Part shown: positions 9,828-19,040 of the stretch, one piece after another
How the letters are laid out: every line of letters starts with the position of its first letter
Position numbering within the stretch: the stretch's first letter is position 1
Virus record (IMG/VR): IMGVR_UViG_3300034980_000520
Coordinates: 1-64,000 of that record
DNA: 64,000 nucleotides
DNA from: a virus
Reading direction: 5' to 3' (one strand)
Notes under the pieces: generated by a model
Seen by the model: only the letters and a program-made list of their open reading frames with translations
Databases searched by the model: none
Told to the model about the DNA's origin: nothing
Program-made: the position numbers and the translations under genes

Positions 9828-9870
9828 ATGGATGCTCCAGCCAGTTAGACATTGCTGCAAAGGGAGTTAG
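9802..9870 (+). CDS. small 22-aa peptide MNTNIWTNKWMLQPVRHCCKGS
   Basis: AAGGGA RBS, fills the gap between 9827 and 9876; below ORF-track threshold. Confidence 0.4.
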   Translation: MNTNIWTNKWMLQPVRHCCKGS

Positions 9871-9875
9871 CTAAA

Positions 9876-10292
9876 ATGAAAATAACAGAATCAGAAATTA
9901 AAAATCTTATCGACGAAGAAATTCAGGCGATGATTGACTCAGGCGATATCGACGAGAACGTTCTCGCTCGAATGGCACGAGGCGCCGGCAGATATGCGCG
10001 CAAGGCGCAAGGCGCACTCCAGTCCAAAGTCGCTGGTGCTATCGGCGCCCAGGACATGGCGGCCGCCGGCCAAGCTAAACAGATGTACGCCGCCCTTATG
10101 GGCCCGCTGGAGACGATTCAAGCCAACGCTAAAAAGATGGGATTACTCTCAGGGGCTAGCAAGGATCAAGAGTTGTATGATACAATCAAGGCTTTAGCGG
10201 ATATTGCAAAGAGATACAAATCAAGCGGCAATGTCAAAGGTTCAGTTGGCAGCATCCAGCAAGGATACCGCGAGCATCAGGAAGCAGAATAG
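9876..10292 (+). CDS. hypothetical protein with MKITESEIKNLIDEE leader, putative head-internal protein
   Basis: GGGAG RBS; shared leader. Confidence 0.7.
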   Translation: MKITESEIKNLIDEEIQAMIDSGDIDENVLARMARGAGRYARKAQGALQSKVAGAIGAQDMAAAGQAKQMYAALMGPLETIQANAKKMGLLSGASKDQELYDTIKALADIAKRYKSSGNVKGSVGSIQQGYREHQEAE

Positions 10293-10293
10293 A

Positions 10294-10905
10294 ATGGCTA
10301 AACAGCTACTAAGAGAGTACCATGCTTTATGTGAGGGAGGAATCTGTCAAGATCTCCTCACTGAAGAAGAAAAACGTTATGTCGCTGCCGGCGGCATGAT
10401 TCTGTCGGGCATCATGCAGATGACAGAGACGAAGAACGGAAACGGTAGAATGTATATGCATGAAACAATGGTACGAGAGATTAAGCTTTACCAAAAGCTC
10501 GTAAAAGAAAACCGAGCGCTGGGAGAACTTGATCATCCTGATGACTCGGTTATCAACTTAAGAAATGTTTCTCATTCGGTAACGGCGATATGGATGGAAG
10601 ACAAAAATGTAATGGGCAAGATCAAAGTTTTAGACACCCCTTCCGGCAAAATTCTACAAGAATTAGTCAACGGCGGCGTGACAGTTGGCGTATCCTCTCG
10701 CGGCATGGGATCAGTGTCGGAGGCTAACGGGCAAACAATCGTAGAAGATGATTTCCAACTGATATGTTTCGATATGGTATCGGAACCCTCTACTCCCGGC
10801 GCCTTCATGATGCGCGAAGCTAAAGACTTAAACAATTCGGTTGTGCACACGCGTGCAGATCGTCTTAACAGATTACTAAATGAGGTTTTAGATGAAGAAG
10901 GATGA
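10294..10905 (+). CDS. prohead core protease (T4 gp21-like)
   Basis: NGNGRMY, ALGELDHP, VSH, TPSGKIL, GVSSRGMGS, FDMVSEPS motifs. Confidence 0.95.
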   Translation: MAKQLLREYHALCEGGICQDLLTEEEKRYVAAGGMILSGIMQMTETKNGNGRMYMHETMVREIKLYQKLVKENRALGELDHPDDSVINLRNVSHSVTAIWMEDKNVMGKIKVLDTPSGKILQELVNGGVTVGVSSRGMGSVSEANGQTIVEDDFQLICFDMVSEPSTPGAFMMREAKDLNNSVVHTRADRLNRLLNEVLDEEG

Positions 10906-11302
10906 TTTAAAAAGAATTATCAAACCCTTGGTTAAGGAATGCATTAACGAAGTTTTGCTCGAAGAAGGCGTATTATCAAATATAGTTTCGGAAGTTGCGC
11001 GAGGAATGGCGAATACCAACATGGTGGTAGAATCGCACGCGCCCAAGCAAGAGCCTAAACGAAGCACCCCCGCACCAACGAACAATGCGGCGGCACTTGA
11101 AAAAAGGAAGAGATTAATGGATGCAATCGGTAACGACTCATATAACGGCGTTAATTTATTTGAAAATACACAGCCCATGAGTGGTTATGAGGCAGCAGAA
11201 GCAAAACCCGGCTCAGTTGATTTAGGTGATCCTAGGGACGCCGGAGTCGATATTAGTTCCATTGTGGGCAATGCCGGACGCTTGTGGGAGGCATTGAAAT
11301 AA
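10892..11302 (+). CDS. hypothetical protein with MKKDDLKRIIK...EVLLEE leader
   Basis: GAGG RBS; between protease and bS21. Confidence 0.7.
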   Translation: MKKDDLKRIIKPLVKECINEVLLEEGVLSNIVSEVARGMANTNMVVESHAPKQEPKRSTPAPTNNAAALEKRKRLMDAIGNDSYNGVNLFENTQPMSGYEAAEAKPGSVDLGDPRDAGVDISSIVGNAGRLWEALK

Positions 11303-11304
11303 AG

Positions 11305-11553
11305 ATGCCCCGAACGAAAGCAAACGTTTTAGTAACCTCAAAAGAATGCCGCGGCAACCACGAGCGCATGATTCGAAGATTTATTAAGAAGACAAAGAAA
11401 GAGAGAATAGTAGAAGAAGCTAAGGATAGAAGATACTACAAAAAGCCTTCTATTCGCAAAAGAGAAGAGCGCGCCAAAGCCGAGCGCCGTCGCAAAAGAG
11501 ACGAATTAAAAAAACAAAGAGCAGAAGAAAGGCGCACTAGAAAAAATAGATGA
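11305..11553 (+). CDS. rpsU: phage-encoded ribosomal protein bS21
   Basis: ERMIRRFIKK...IVEEAKDRRYYKKPSIRKR matches the S21 signature; very basic; located in the head gene cluster. Confidence 0.85.
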   Translation: MPRTKANVLVTSKECRGNHERMIRRFIKKTKKERIVEEAKDRRYYKKPSIRKREERAKAERRRKRDELKKQRAEERRTRKNR

Positions 11554-11592
11554 CTATTTATCTTGAACAATAAAATTTACGGAGATTTTTAA

Positions 11593-12012
11593 ATGGCAGA
11601 TACAAACTTTACACCCTCATGGGCAATTCCGGTAGGGATGAACCACGTACCCGCTTATCAAGTGAGCGGCATTCCATGGGCAACGGGCTCTATAGATGTT
11701 CAAACCGCCACTAAGATCACATTCCCCTCTGTTACCAGATGGGTGGTTATCAACAATTGGGATCTGAATGACAATTTAAAAGTCGGATTTTCACAACGCG
11801 GAGTCACTCATAATAGTAACTATTTTGAAGTCGGCAAGCAGTTTTCCAACGCCGGAGGCCCGGGCAGCGTACGCCTTGAGCTTAAAGTTTCTGAACTCTG
11901 GCTTTCGGGTTCAGCGAAAGTTGATGTAATTGCTGGCTTAACTTCAATCAAGCCCGGAAAGATTGCAACATCAGACGGTCCAAGTTTCTCAGGCTCAGCC
12001 GGGGTTGGATAA
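11593..12012 (+). CDS. putative virion structural protein
   Basis: Beta-rich 139 aa, GGAG RBS, CTATTTA motif upstream. Confidence 0.6.
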   Translation: MADTNFTPSWAIPVGMNHVPAYQVSGIPWATGSIDVQTATKITFPSVTRWVVINNWDLNDNLKVGFSQRGVTHNSNYFEVGKQFSNAGGPGSVRLELKVSELWLSGSAKVDVIAGLTSIKPGKIATSDGPSFSGSAGVG

Positions 12013-12015
12013 TCG

Positions 12016-12693
12016 ATGGCGAAGTTTGGCTGGGCATATGTAAGCTGCACCGGTTCCGATGACGGTGGTGCATATGGACCGACTGGATCGGTTCAGTTTT
12101 TAACGGGTGCTGGAAATACTTCCGGCACTTTGAACTTTATGTATCATACCGCAGCGTATGGTTCTTCGTATGCAGCCAATAGCCTTGTCTTAACTGGCAC
12201 GCTGGTAGTGAGTGGGACGATCTCTGCAAGTCACTATCACATTGATAACGTAACTGTTATCGATTCTACTGGTTCTACCTACTTTGGTAACTCCAACGAC
12301 GACAGACACATCCGCACAGGCAGCTTAGAAGTTGCCAAGGTTGCGGGCAATGTAATACTGAGAGCCGATAATACAACTGAGACAGTTAGCGTGAGAGGCT
12401 TCCGCGGAATGTATACTGCTGTAGGTACCGCTAAAGCTACCGCTAGCGTCCCAAGTTATATTTTAGGAGTGAGTCTCAATAACAACGTTGAAATTAATAT
12501 CCCCGCCGCATCTACATATGGATCCGGCGCCATTTTGATTATTAAGGACGAAGTCGTTGGTCGCGGAGGAACAAATATTCGCTTGACTGCTTCGGCTGGC
12601 TACAACATCGACAACAGCAGTTTCTATATCTTAACGGGTTCAAATCCTGCAATTAGTTTGTATTCTAATGGCGCCAATTGGTTTGTCTTCTAA
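12016..12693 (+). CDS. fibre/decoration-like structural protein
   Basis: G/S/T-rich; C-terminal IIKDE...ID...AISLYSNGANWFVF domain shared with neighbours. Confidence 0.6.
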   Translation: MAKFGWAYVSCTGSDDGGAYGPTGSVQFLTGAGNTSGTLNFMYHTAAYGSSYAANSLVLTGTLVVSGTISASHYHIDNVTVIDSTGSTYFGNSNDDRHIRTGSLEVAKVAGNVILRADNTTETVSVRGFRGMYTAVGTAKATASVPSYILGVSLNNNVEINIPAASTYGSGAILIIKDEVVGRGGTNIRLTASAGYNIDNSSFYILTGSNPAISLYSNGANWFVF

Positions 12694-12712
12694 TTAATAA
12701 AGGAGACACCCC

Positions 12713-13753
12713 ATGGCGTATAATGCTATATCTGGCACCATCATTGCAGCGCAAAACTATTTGCCTGCAGTTGACTCGATCGTTGCCAACATTGTTTCGG
12801 GTAACCTGAGCACTTCCGACGGCGCAAGCATAATAAACATTCCACGTGTTTCCAACGCTACCAACAACTCTATCTTAACAAATGTAGGTGGAGATGCCAA
12901 CACATTAACGTGCGAGTCAAACCTGTTATTCGACGGCACCACTCTCAATATCACAGGACACCTCACTGCCAGCATTGGAATGTCAGCTTCCTTCTTATAT
13001 GGTGACGGCAGGCATCTCACCAATATAACCGCTAGCAGTGGAGGCTCTGCGGATGGACAGGGACCCAGCGGCTCCCTTCAATTCCACACGACTGGTGGCT
13101 CTATTAGCGGCTCTGCTCGCATGATGTATGTGAATGATACATTAAAGATTACGGGAAGCATTTTCGCTAGCGGAGCCATGGAATTGGATGGGGATTTTCT
13201 TCCTGCGGTGGGGAATACTAAGAATTTGGGATCTTCTGCTAAGCCGTGGGGCGCTCTATACGTTTCGAGTAGTTCTATTTATATGGGCTCTGATAAGATT
13301 AGTGTACAAGATAACAACCTCCGCTTTGGATCCGGCAGTACCAACCGGGGATTTCAGGTAGGCTTCATGAGGTTCCGCGATAAAGGGATCGCCATGGCAA
13401 ACGATTTGGTATTTCAAATAAATGCCAAGCAAATGTTGTTTGCCGGCGGCATTGCTTACAAGAGGCGCGTTGTATCGTGGGATTATACGATCACGAAAAT
13501 GGATTATATTGTGTGTGTTCAAACAAACACTTTAACATCTTCGGTAACACTCACACTGCCCTCTGCGGATGCCTGCACAAATGGGCAAACCTTCGTAATA
13601 AAGGACGAGGGAGGAGCAGCTAATACTCACGAAATCGAAGTACAGTGTGCTGGCAGCGATGTTATTGATGGACTAAATTCGGTACTTTTGAGATCTCCTT
13701 ATGCGGCAATCCAGCTTTATTGTAACGGCGCCGATAAATACTTTATTTACTGA
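12713..13753 (+). CDS. fibre/decoration-like structural protein
   Basis: MAY start, ISGS/TAS repeats, C-terminal TLP.A...VIKDE...IDG...LYCNG domain. Confidence 0.6.
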   Translation: MAYNAISGTIIAAQNYLPAVDSIVANIVSGNLSTSDGASIINIPRVSNATNNSILTNVGGDANTLTCESNLLFDGTTLNITGHLTASIGMSASFLYGDGRHLTNITASSGGSADGQGPSGSLQFHTTGGSISGSARMMYVNDTLKITGSIFASGAMELDGDFLPAVGNTKNLGSSAKPWGALYVSSSSIYMGSDKISVQDNNLRFGSGSTNRGFQVGFMRFRDKGIAMANDLVFQINAKQMLFAGGIAYKRRVVSWDYTITKMDYIVCVQTNTLTSSVTLTLPSADACTNGQTFVIKDEGGAANTHEIEVQCAGSDVIDGLNSVLLRSPYAAIQLYCNGADKYFIY

Positions 13754-13882
13754 CGCTGTTCTCTGCAGTCTCACACTACTTAAAAGACGAGCGGAGTCTC
13801 ATGACTCGGCTCAAATCTGGATAAGTACGTCTTATTCAGATTACCATAAAAAAAACTTAATTAATATGGAGGGTTTTATAAA

Positions 13883-15580
13883 ATGGCTTATAAATTTCAA
13901 GTGGGGCCCGCTAGCTTAAGCGGCTCCCTCAAACGTTCAGGTTCTATGGATATCATGAACGCATCTGGCGTGAGTTCATTCACGGTAGACTCATCAAGCG
14001 GTAATATTTCCGGCTCTGGTACTCTTATCAACGTCGGCGCCGCATCTTTCGGCTCCACTATCGCCGCCACCGGTTCTATTACCGCTGGCTCATCTTTCAT
14101 CATCGGCTCTGCTGATTTGAATGAAGTAGATATGGAGAAGCTTGACGGCATTACCAACGGTACTGCTGCTGTTAACAAGGCTGTCGTTCTCGACGGTTCT
14201 AAAAACATTGCCACTCTCGGCACTGTTGGTTGTGGCGCTATCACCTCAACCGGTGCTTCCACCATGGGTTCGCTGAACATCGGCGGAACCTTGGCATGTG
14301 ACACCAGCTTCACTCTTGACGCTGTTGTAATCAACGCCACCGAGCTTGGCTTTATCGACGGTGTTACCGCTGGTACTGCTGCAGCTTCTAAGGCACTTGT
14401 CGTGAGTGCTGATAAGGATATCGGCACAATTCGTAACCTTACGATTGACGGTACTTTCTCCGATGGTAACTACACCTTTGACACTAGCGGAAACGTTACT
14501 GGCTTAGGAACTGTTGGTTGCGGTGCTGTTACCTCGACAGGTAATGTCTCTGGTACCACGCTCACTGGTTCTACCGCTGTTCGCACCGGTGGTGCAGATG
14601 CATGGGGCTTTAGCTCCGCCGGTACTGGTAAGTTCCACTCTATGAACGTAGGAACATCCTACGGTATCAGTAACAGTGGCGCGCTGACAGCTTCCGTCGC
14701 GACTGTGTCGGGTCTGTCATCTCTTCAAGCAGTTACTGCCTCTAGCACCCTAGGTGTTGAAGGTGCGACTAGCCTTAAGGGTACTGTTGCGCTTCCTGGT
14801 GTTGCTGTGGAGGCTATCGCTGTAGCTTCCGATTCTATGTTCTTCCTTGATGCCGATGGTCTCATGAAGAAGACGACGAACGCGCTTTATGCTGCAGCCT
14901 TAGTTGCTTCGGAGCCCGGCTTGGCATCAAGTGGTGGTAAGCTTCTCTTCGATCCAAGCAGTTGCGCTGCTGTGACTCCTGCTACTGGTGATTCATTAGT
15001 CTTCGCTGACGCTGATGATACTGACATTCCAAAGAAAGCAACTCTTGATGCTTTTGCTGGCGTTCTCGCTGGTGGAGCTGGTATCGCTGCTTCTGGTGTT
15101 GCATTGTCTCTCGACCTTAACGGGCTAGCCGCGTACGCCAACGTCACCCCTGCCTCCGATTCATTTGCAATTCTGTCTAATGCGTCTGGTAGTGTAAAGT
15201 CAACTTTCACTGAAGTTGCTTCGCGCATGGCTGGTGCCGGTATTACCGCTACCAACGGTGTGTTCTCTGTAGATACCACCGGTGGTGACAGTATGTCTCG
15301 CGCTGCTATTGCAAACGGTGGAACTGTTGCTGTTGGTCTCAACTACTTTGCGGCTCTTGTCGCTGATGCTACGGTTACGCTTCCTGCGTCTCCGACTGCA
15401 GGTGATATTTGTGTTATCAAGGCACATACAATCGCCGCTGGTAAAGAGATTATCATTAACCGCGGTCACAGTAGTCAAACAATTGACGGTCTCGCAACAA
15501 TCTCGATGCGCTCCAACTATGGCGCAGTAACCCTTATTGCTGCTACTGCTGGCAATACTGCTGATTGGCGACTCGCTTAA
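13883..15580 (+). CDS. abundant fibre-like structural protein
   Basis: MAY start, A/G/S/T-rich with internal repeats, shared C-terminal domain, own terminator, capsid-like codon usage. Confidence 0.65.
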   Translation: MAYKFQVGPASLSGSLKRSGSMDIMNASGVSSFTVDSSSGNISGSGTLINVGAASFGSTIAATGSITAGSSFIIGSADLNEVDMEKLDGITNGTAAVNKAVVLDGSKNIATLGTVGCGAITSTGASTMGSLNIGGTLACDTSFTLDAVVINATELGFIDGVTAGTAAASKALVVSADKDIGTIRNLTIDGTFSDGNYTFDTSGNVTGLGTVGCGAVTSTGNVSGTTLTGSTAVRTGGADAWGFSSAGTGKFHSMNVGTSYGISNSGALTASVATVSGLSSLQAVTASSTLGVEGATSLKGTVALPGVAVEAIAVASDSMFFLDADGLMKKTTNALYAAALVASEPGLASSGGKLLFDPSSCAAVTPATGDSLVFADADDTDIPKKATLDAFAGVLAGGAGIAASGVALSLDLNGLAAYANVTPASDSFAILSNASGSVKSTFTEVASRMAGAGITATNGVFSVDTTGGDSMSRAAIANGGTVAVGLNYFAALVADATVTLPASPTAGDICVIKAHTIAAGKEIIINRGHSSQTIDGLATISMRSNYGAVTLIAATAGNTADWRLA

Positions 15581-15614
15581 TCATTCTTTCCGATATTTTA
15601 TATTGGATTCTTTT

Positions 15615-15647
15615 GGATGCCCTCCCTGTGGGGGCATCCTTTTTTTT
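15615..15647 (+). terminator. rho-independent terminator
   Basis: GGATGCCCTC-cctgt-GGGGGCATCC followed by T8. Confidence 0.9.
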
Positions 15648-15697
15648 ATGTGCTTAATAAGCAGAAATTATCTATTTATTGGTGACGAGGATAAAAA

Positions 15698-16825
15698 ATG
15701 GCATATAACGTTTTAAAAGGCAAAGTAGACGGCTCCGTCGATCAACACGCGAATCAAGAGATCGGAGGCGTTAAAATATTTAAAAACGCAATCAGTGCTA
15801 GTGTTTTTTACGACACTGACGCACAAAGCCCCTGCGCAACGATAAAAGACATCGCAGTCCAAAAAGTTAAAAGTCAAACCGTCGGCGGCGTAATGGTATG
15901 GGATGGCAACGGCGAAGCTGCCACAAATCGAAAATTAAGATTTAATGGAGACACATTAACAACCTATAATCTTGTCGCCAAAACTCTTAGAGGATCCGCC
16001 GCTGGGCTAACTAATATTCCGCCCGACCAGTTCGACGCTGAAATAAGTGCCAAGTATATAAATCATGGCGCAGGATTGCACAATGTCCGAGGATCCCTTC
16101 AGATAAAAGCTTCGCACGGCATTCAAGTAGAGGACGGCTCCCTATCGCTAGCTCTGCAGCCAAATAGTGGACTCGCCCTTAAGTCTAATAAGTTGCTTAT
16201 AAATCCAGCACTCACCCCTCCAATCAATACAGGCGGCCAGAATTTAAGTGATCAAGATGTTTTAATGGTGGCGGACATATCGCGGAACAAGACAACCAGC
16301 ACCACACTACAAAATCTATATGATAATTATATTCGCCTTAAGATGCCCCAAGCCGCCGGCGAAAAACACCAAATTCAATTTAGAGGCGCCGCAGGATTTG
16401 CTGCATCTCCTAATCTAATGTTTGATGACAAACACAATACAATGGAGATATCTGGGAAAGTAAAGGCTCACGAAATTTCAACTGCGATCGCATTACGGTG
16501 TAATGGTGCTGTATATAAAAACATAACCAAGACGACTGACAAAAACTATGCAGTTGATCCCGAAGACTACACGATTGTTTGCGATACATCTAAGAATTCA
16601 GTCAATATAGAGTTGCCAACGCCTTGCAATAATGAGGGAAGACTTCTTGTAGTTAAAAAAATTGACGCCAATAAGTATAAGCTAGCATCTAACACTCTTA
16701 AGATAACTTGTGAAGACGGCAGAGTAGAGATTAGCAACGAGATCACAGTTAAGATGAACTACTCAAGCCGGACTCTACAATGCGATGGTGAAAACTGGTG
16801 GATTATCGGCAGTAACGGCAGTTGA
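15698..16825 (+). CDS. fibre/decoration-like structural protein
   Basis: MAY start, ISAS motif, C-terminal ELP.P...VVKK...LQCDGENWWII domain. Confidence 0.6.
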   Translation: MAYNVLKGKVDGSVDQHANQEIGGVKIFKNAISASVFYDTDAQSPCATIKDIAVQKVKSQTVGGVMVWDGNGEAATNRKLRFNGDTLTTYNLVAKTLRGSAAGLTNIPPDQFDAEISAKYINHGAGLHNVRGSLQIKASHGIQVEDGSLSLALQPNSGLALKSNKLLINPALTPPINTGGQNLSDQDVLMVADISRNKTTSTTLQNLYDNYIRLKMPQAAGEKHQIQFRGAAGFAASPNLMFDDKHNTMEISGKVKAHEISTAIALRCNGAVYKNITKTTDKNYAVDPEDYTIVCDTSKNSVNIELPTPCNNEGRLLVVKKIDANKYKLASNTLKITCEDGRVEISNEITVKMNYSSRTLQCDGENWWIIGSNGS

Positions 16826-16856
16826 ATTCTACTTAATATAAACGGAGAAATAGTAA

Positions 16857-18962
16857 ATGGCATATAACAGTACGACAGGCAGTCAAATGTCGGGCGACAT
16901 AAGATACGAGAACGATCCAGAGGATACTCAGATAGATTTTGAAAATGACTCTATCACATTAAGAGCCGGCGGCGCCAACAACATGGTAATCTCGACGACT
17001 TCGATCACCGCATCAGTATTGTTGTCTTCGTCAATGCCTATTTCAGCATCTTCCTTTTGGGTAGACGGGGTTCAAGTAAGTGGCGGAGGAACTCCCGGCG
17101 GCTCCAGTACACAGGTGCAATATAATAATGGAGGCAGCTTTGCAGGCTCCGCTAATTTAACATTTAATGGAACGACGCTTACCGCCGCCGGAATTTCTTC
17201 TACTGGAAATACTACGCTCGGCGATGCCGGCGCCGATTCAGTCACCATTAATGCGGCAACCGTCAATATTCCCAATGTTGCAGCCGGTACAGATAACACG
17301 GTAGTAGTCTACAATGGAACTACACTTGTGACAGATGAGATTGATTCCCGCGTGTGGGGAAGTACGCTGGTGGACGCTACCGGCACGCCTGTTGCGAATC
17401 AAATAGCCACATGGAGTGACGCTAATACTGCACAGGGGCTCGCTACTCTGACTTATGACGGCACCACGTTAGCGATAACGGGCTCTATTTCTGGCTCTGG
17501 CAACATATCTGGTTCTGCTTTCTATGGAAGCGGAGCAAATCTCACAGGATTGCCATCAGCAGCTATTACGACTTATAATAATTCAACTGACAATAGAGTC
17601 ATTACATCGGTAAATTCGACAACGGTTCAGGGTGAAGCCAATCTCACTTTCGATGGCACGACACTTGCAGTTGTGGGCGACATGTCGGGTTCGGGTGTAC
17701 TATCGGCTGATCAGATTAAGTGTTCAGGTTCTGTAGCCGCGGTATCTTTTGCTGGCGATGGTTCCGCATTGACGGGACTACCCTCGGCTGCCATCTCTAC
17801 TTATAACACCTCCGGAGATAACAGGATCATAACTTCGGTGGACGCCACGACTGTACAAGGCGAGGCTGATCTTGCTTTTGATGGAACCAAGCTGACTGTA
17901 AAGGGAGCTAACAGCATAATAAACGTGACTGGCAGTCTCCAGATCGGCACCAACGTTGATACACCTCACAAACTGCACGTTAGCGGAACGGAATCGCAAG
18001 TATTATGTCTGATAGGGAGTGATCTCTATGAGACTATTTTTGCAGTAACCGGATCCGGAAAAGTTACAGTAGGTGGTGTCCATTTAGATGCTAAATTTAA
18101 TATTACGGGATCCGACGCCGATGTCCTTATGTCAGCCAAAAGCAACACTAAGAGTCCTGCTTTTGTTATATCAGGCAGTGGCAACGTTGTTGTAGGAAAT
18201 CAGCTTTCCGCTTCGAGCGGCATCACAGGATCCGCGCTATACACCGAACATACAGTTATAGATGCTATTCACGTTTCAAGTTCGCTCCCCGTTTCGGCTT
18301 CATCTTTTTGGGTAGATGGTGTTCAGATAACCGGCGGTGGGGGAGGCGGAACACCCGGAGGCGCTGATGGGCAAGTCCAGTACAATAATGGTGGCTCTTT
18401 TGGCGGAGAAGCCGAGCTTGTGTACGATGACAGCAACAACAGACTCGGTGTCGGCACTGCAGTCCCAACCCACACGCTTTCTGTGACTGGATCGGCAGCA
18501 ATCTCCGGAGATCTTACAGTCAGTGGATCGCTGAGAGCGGCCAAGAGAATAGAAATGACAACTCATTATTTTGCATATGGAGGTAACGGCGAAACATTCA
18601 TACCGTTCGGCTACGGAAATACAGATGACGCTACCAATCCGACAGAAAAGAACCAATTTATTGCGCCTTATCCGGGATCTCTTAAGAAATTAATGGTCCG
18701 CACTCATAATACTCAAAATGGGCATGCTACTGCGAGTTTGTGGGTAGGGAATGACGGTACCGAAGACTTCAACGTCGGCGGCTCGGTAGTAGAACACGTA
18801 ACCGCATCGATGGCTAGCGCAAATACTACATACACTTTTAACTTTACCGGAACTTCGCACTTTACATCAAGTCAAATTGTTGGCGTATCGTTCGATTTTA
18901 GATTGAACCCCGGCGAGGTAAATATGACATGCGTTTGGGAATACGACGATAGAGAACTTTAA
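16857..18962 (+). CDS. long fibre-like structural protein with internal duplications
   Basis: MAY start; repeated QVQYNNGGSF and LPSAAI.TYN..DNR.ITSV..TTVQGEA.L.FDGT modules. Confidence 0.65.
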   Translation: MAYNSTTGSQMSGDIRYENDPEDTQIDFENDSITLRAGGANNMVISTTSITASVLLSSSMPISASSFWVDGVQVSGGGTPGGSSTQVQYNNGGSFAGSANLTFNGTTLTAAGISSTGNTTLGDAGADSVTINAATVNIPNVAAGTDNTVVVYNGTTLVTDEIDSRVWGSTLVDATGTPVANQIATWSDANTAQGLATLTYDGTTLAITGSISGSGNISGSAFYGSGANLTGLPSAAITTYNNSTDNRVITSVNSTTVQGEANLTFDGTTLAVVGDMSGSGVLSADQIKCSGSVAAVSFAGDGSALTGLPSAAISTYNTSGDNRIITSVDATTVQGEADLAFDGTKLTVKGANSIINVTGSLQIGTNVDTPHKLHVSGTESQVLCLIGSDLYETIFAVTGSGKVTVGGVHLDAKFNITGSDADVLMSAKSNTKSPAFVISGSGNVVVGNQLSASSGITGSALYTEHTVIDAIHVSSSLPVSASSFWVDGVQITGGGGGGTPGGADGQVQYNNGGSFGGEAELVYDDSNNRLGVGTAVPTHTLSVTGSAAISGDLTVSGSLRAAKRIEMTTHYFAYGGNGETFIPFGYGNTDDATNPTEKNQFIAPYPGSLKKLMVRTHNTQNGHATASLWVGNDGTEDFNVGGSVVEHVTASMASANTTYTFNFTGTSHFTSSQIVGVSFDFRLNPGEVNMTCVWEYDDREL

Positions 18963-18999
18963 GCCGTATTAAAAAAATGGGTTTTCATCTACTATAATA

Positions 19000-19006
19000 C
19001 TATTTA
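19000..19006 (+). promoter_or_regulatory. putative late promoter CTATTTA before scaffold/capsid operon
   Basis: Member of the recurring CTANTTA motif upstream of structural genes. Confidence 0.65.
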
Positions 19007-19040
19007 TTTTTGAAATATGTTGTGATTCAGGAGATACTAC

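Noticed and set aside
16857-18962. Internal repeats as DGR template/variable repeats
   Set aside because: Differences are not adenine-specific and no reverse transcriptase is present in the window
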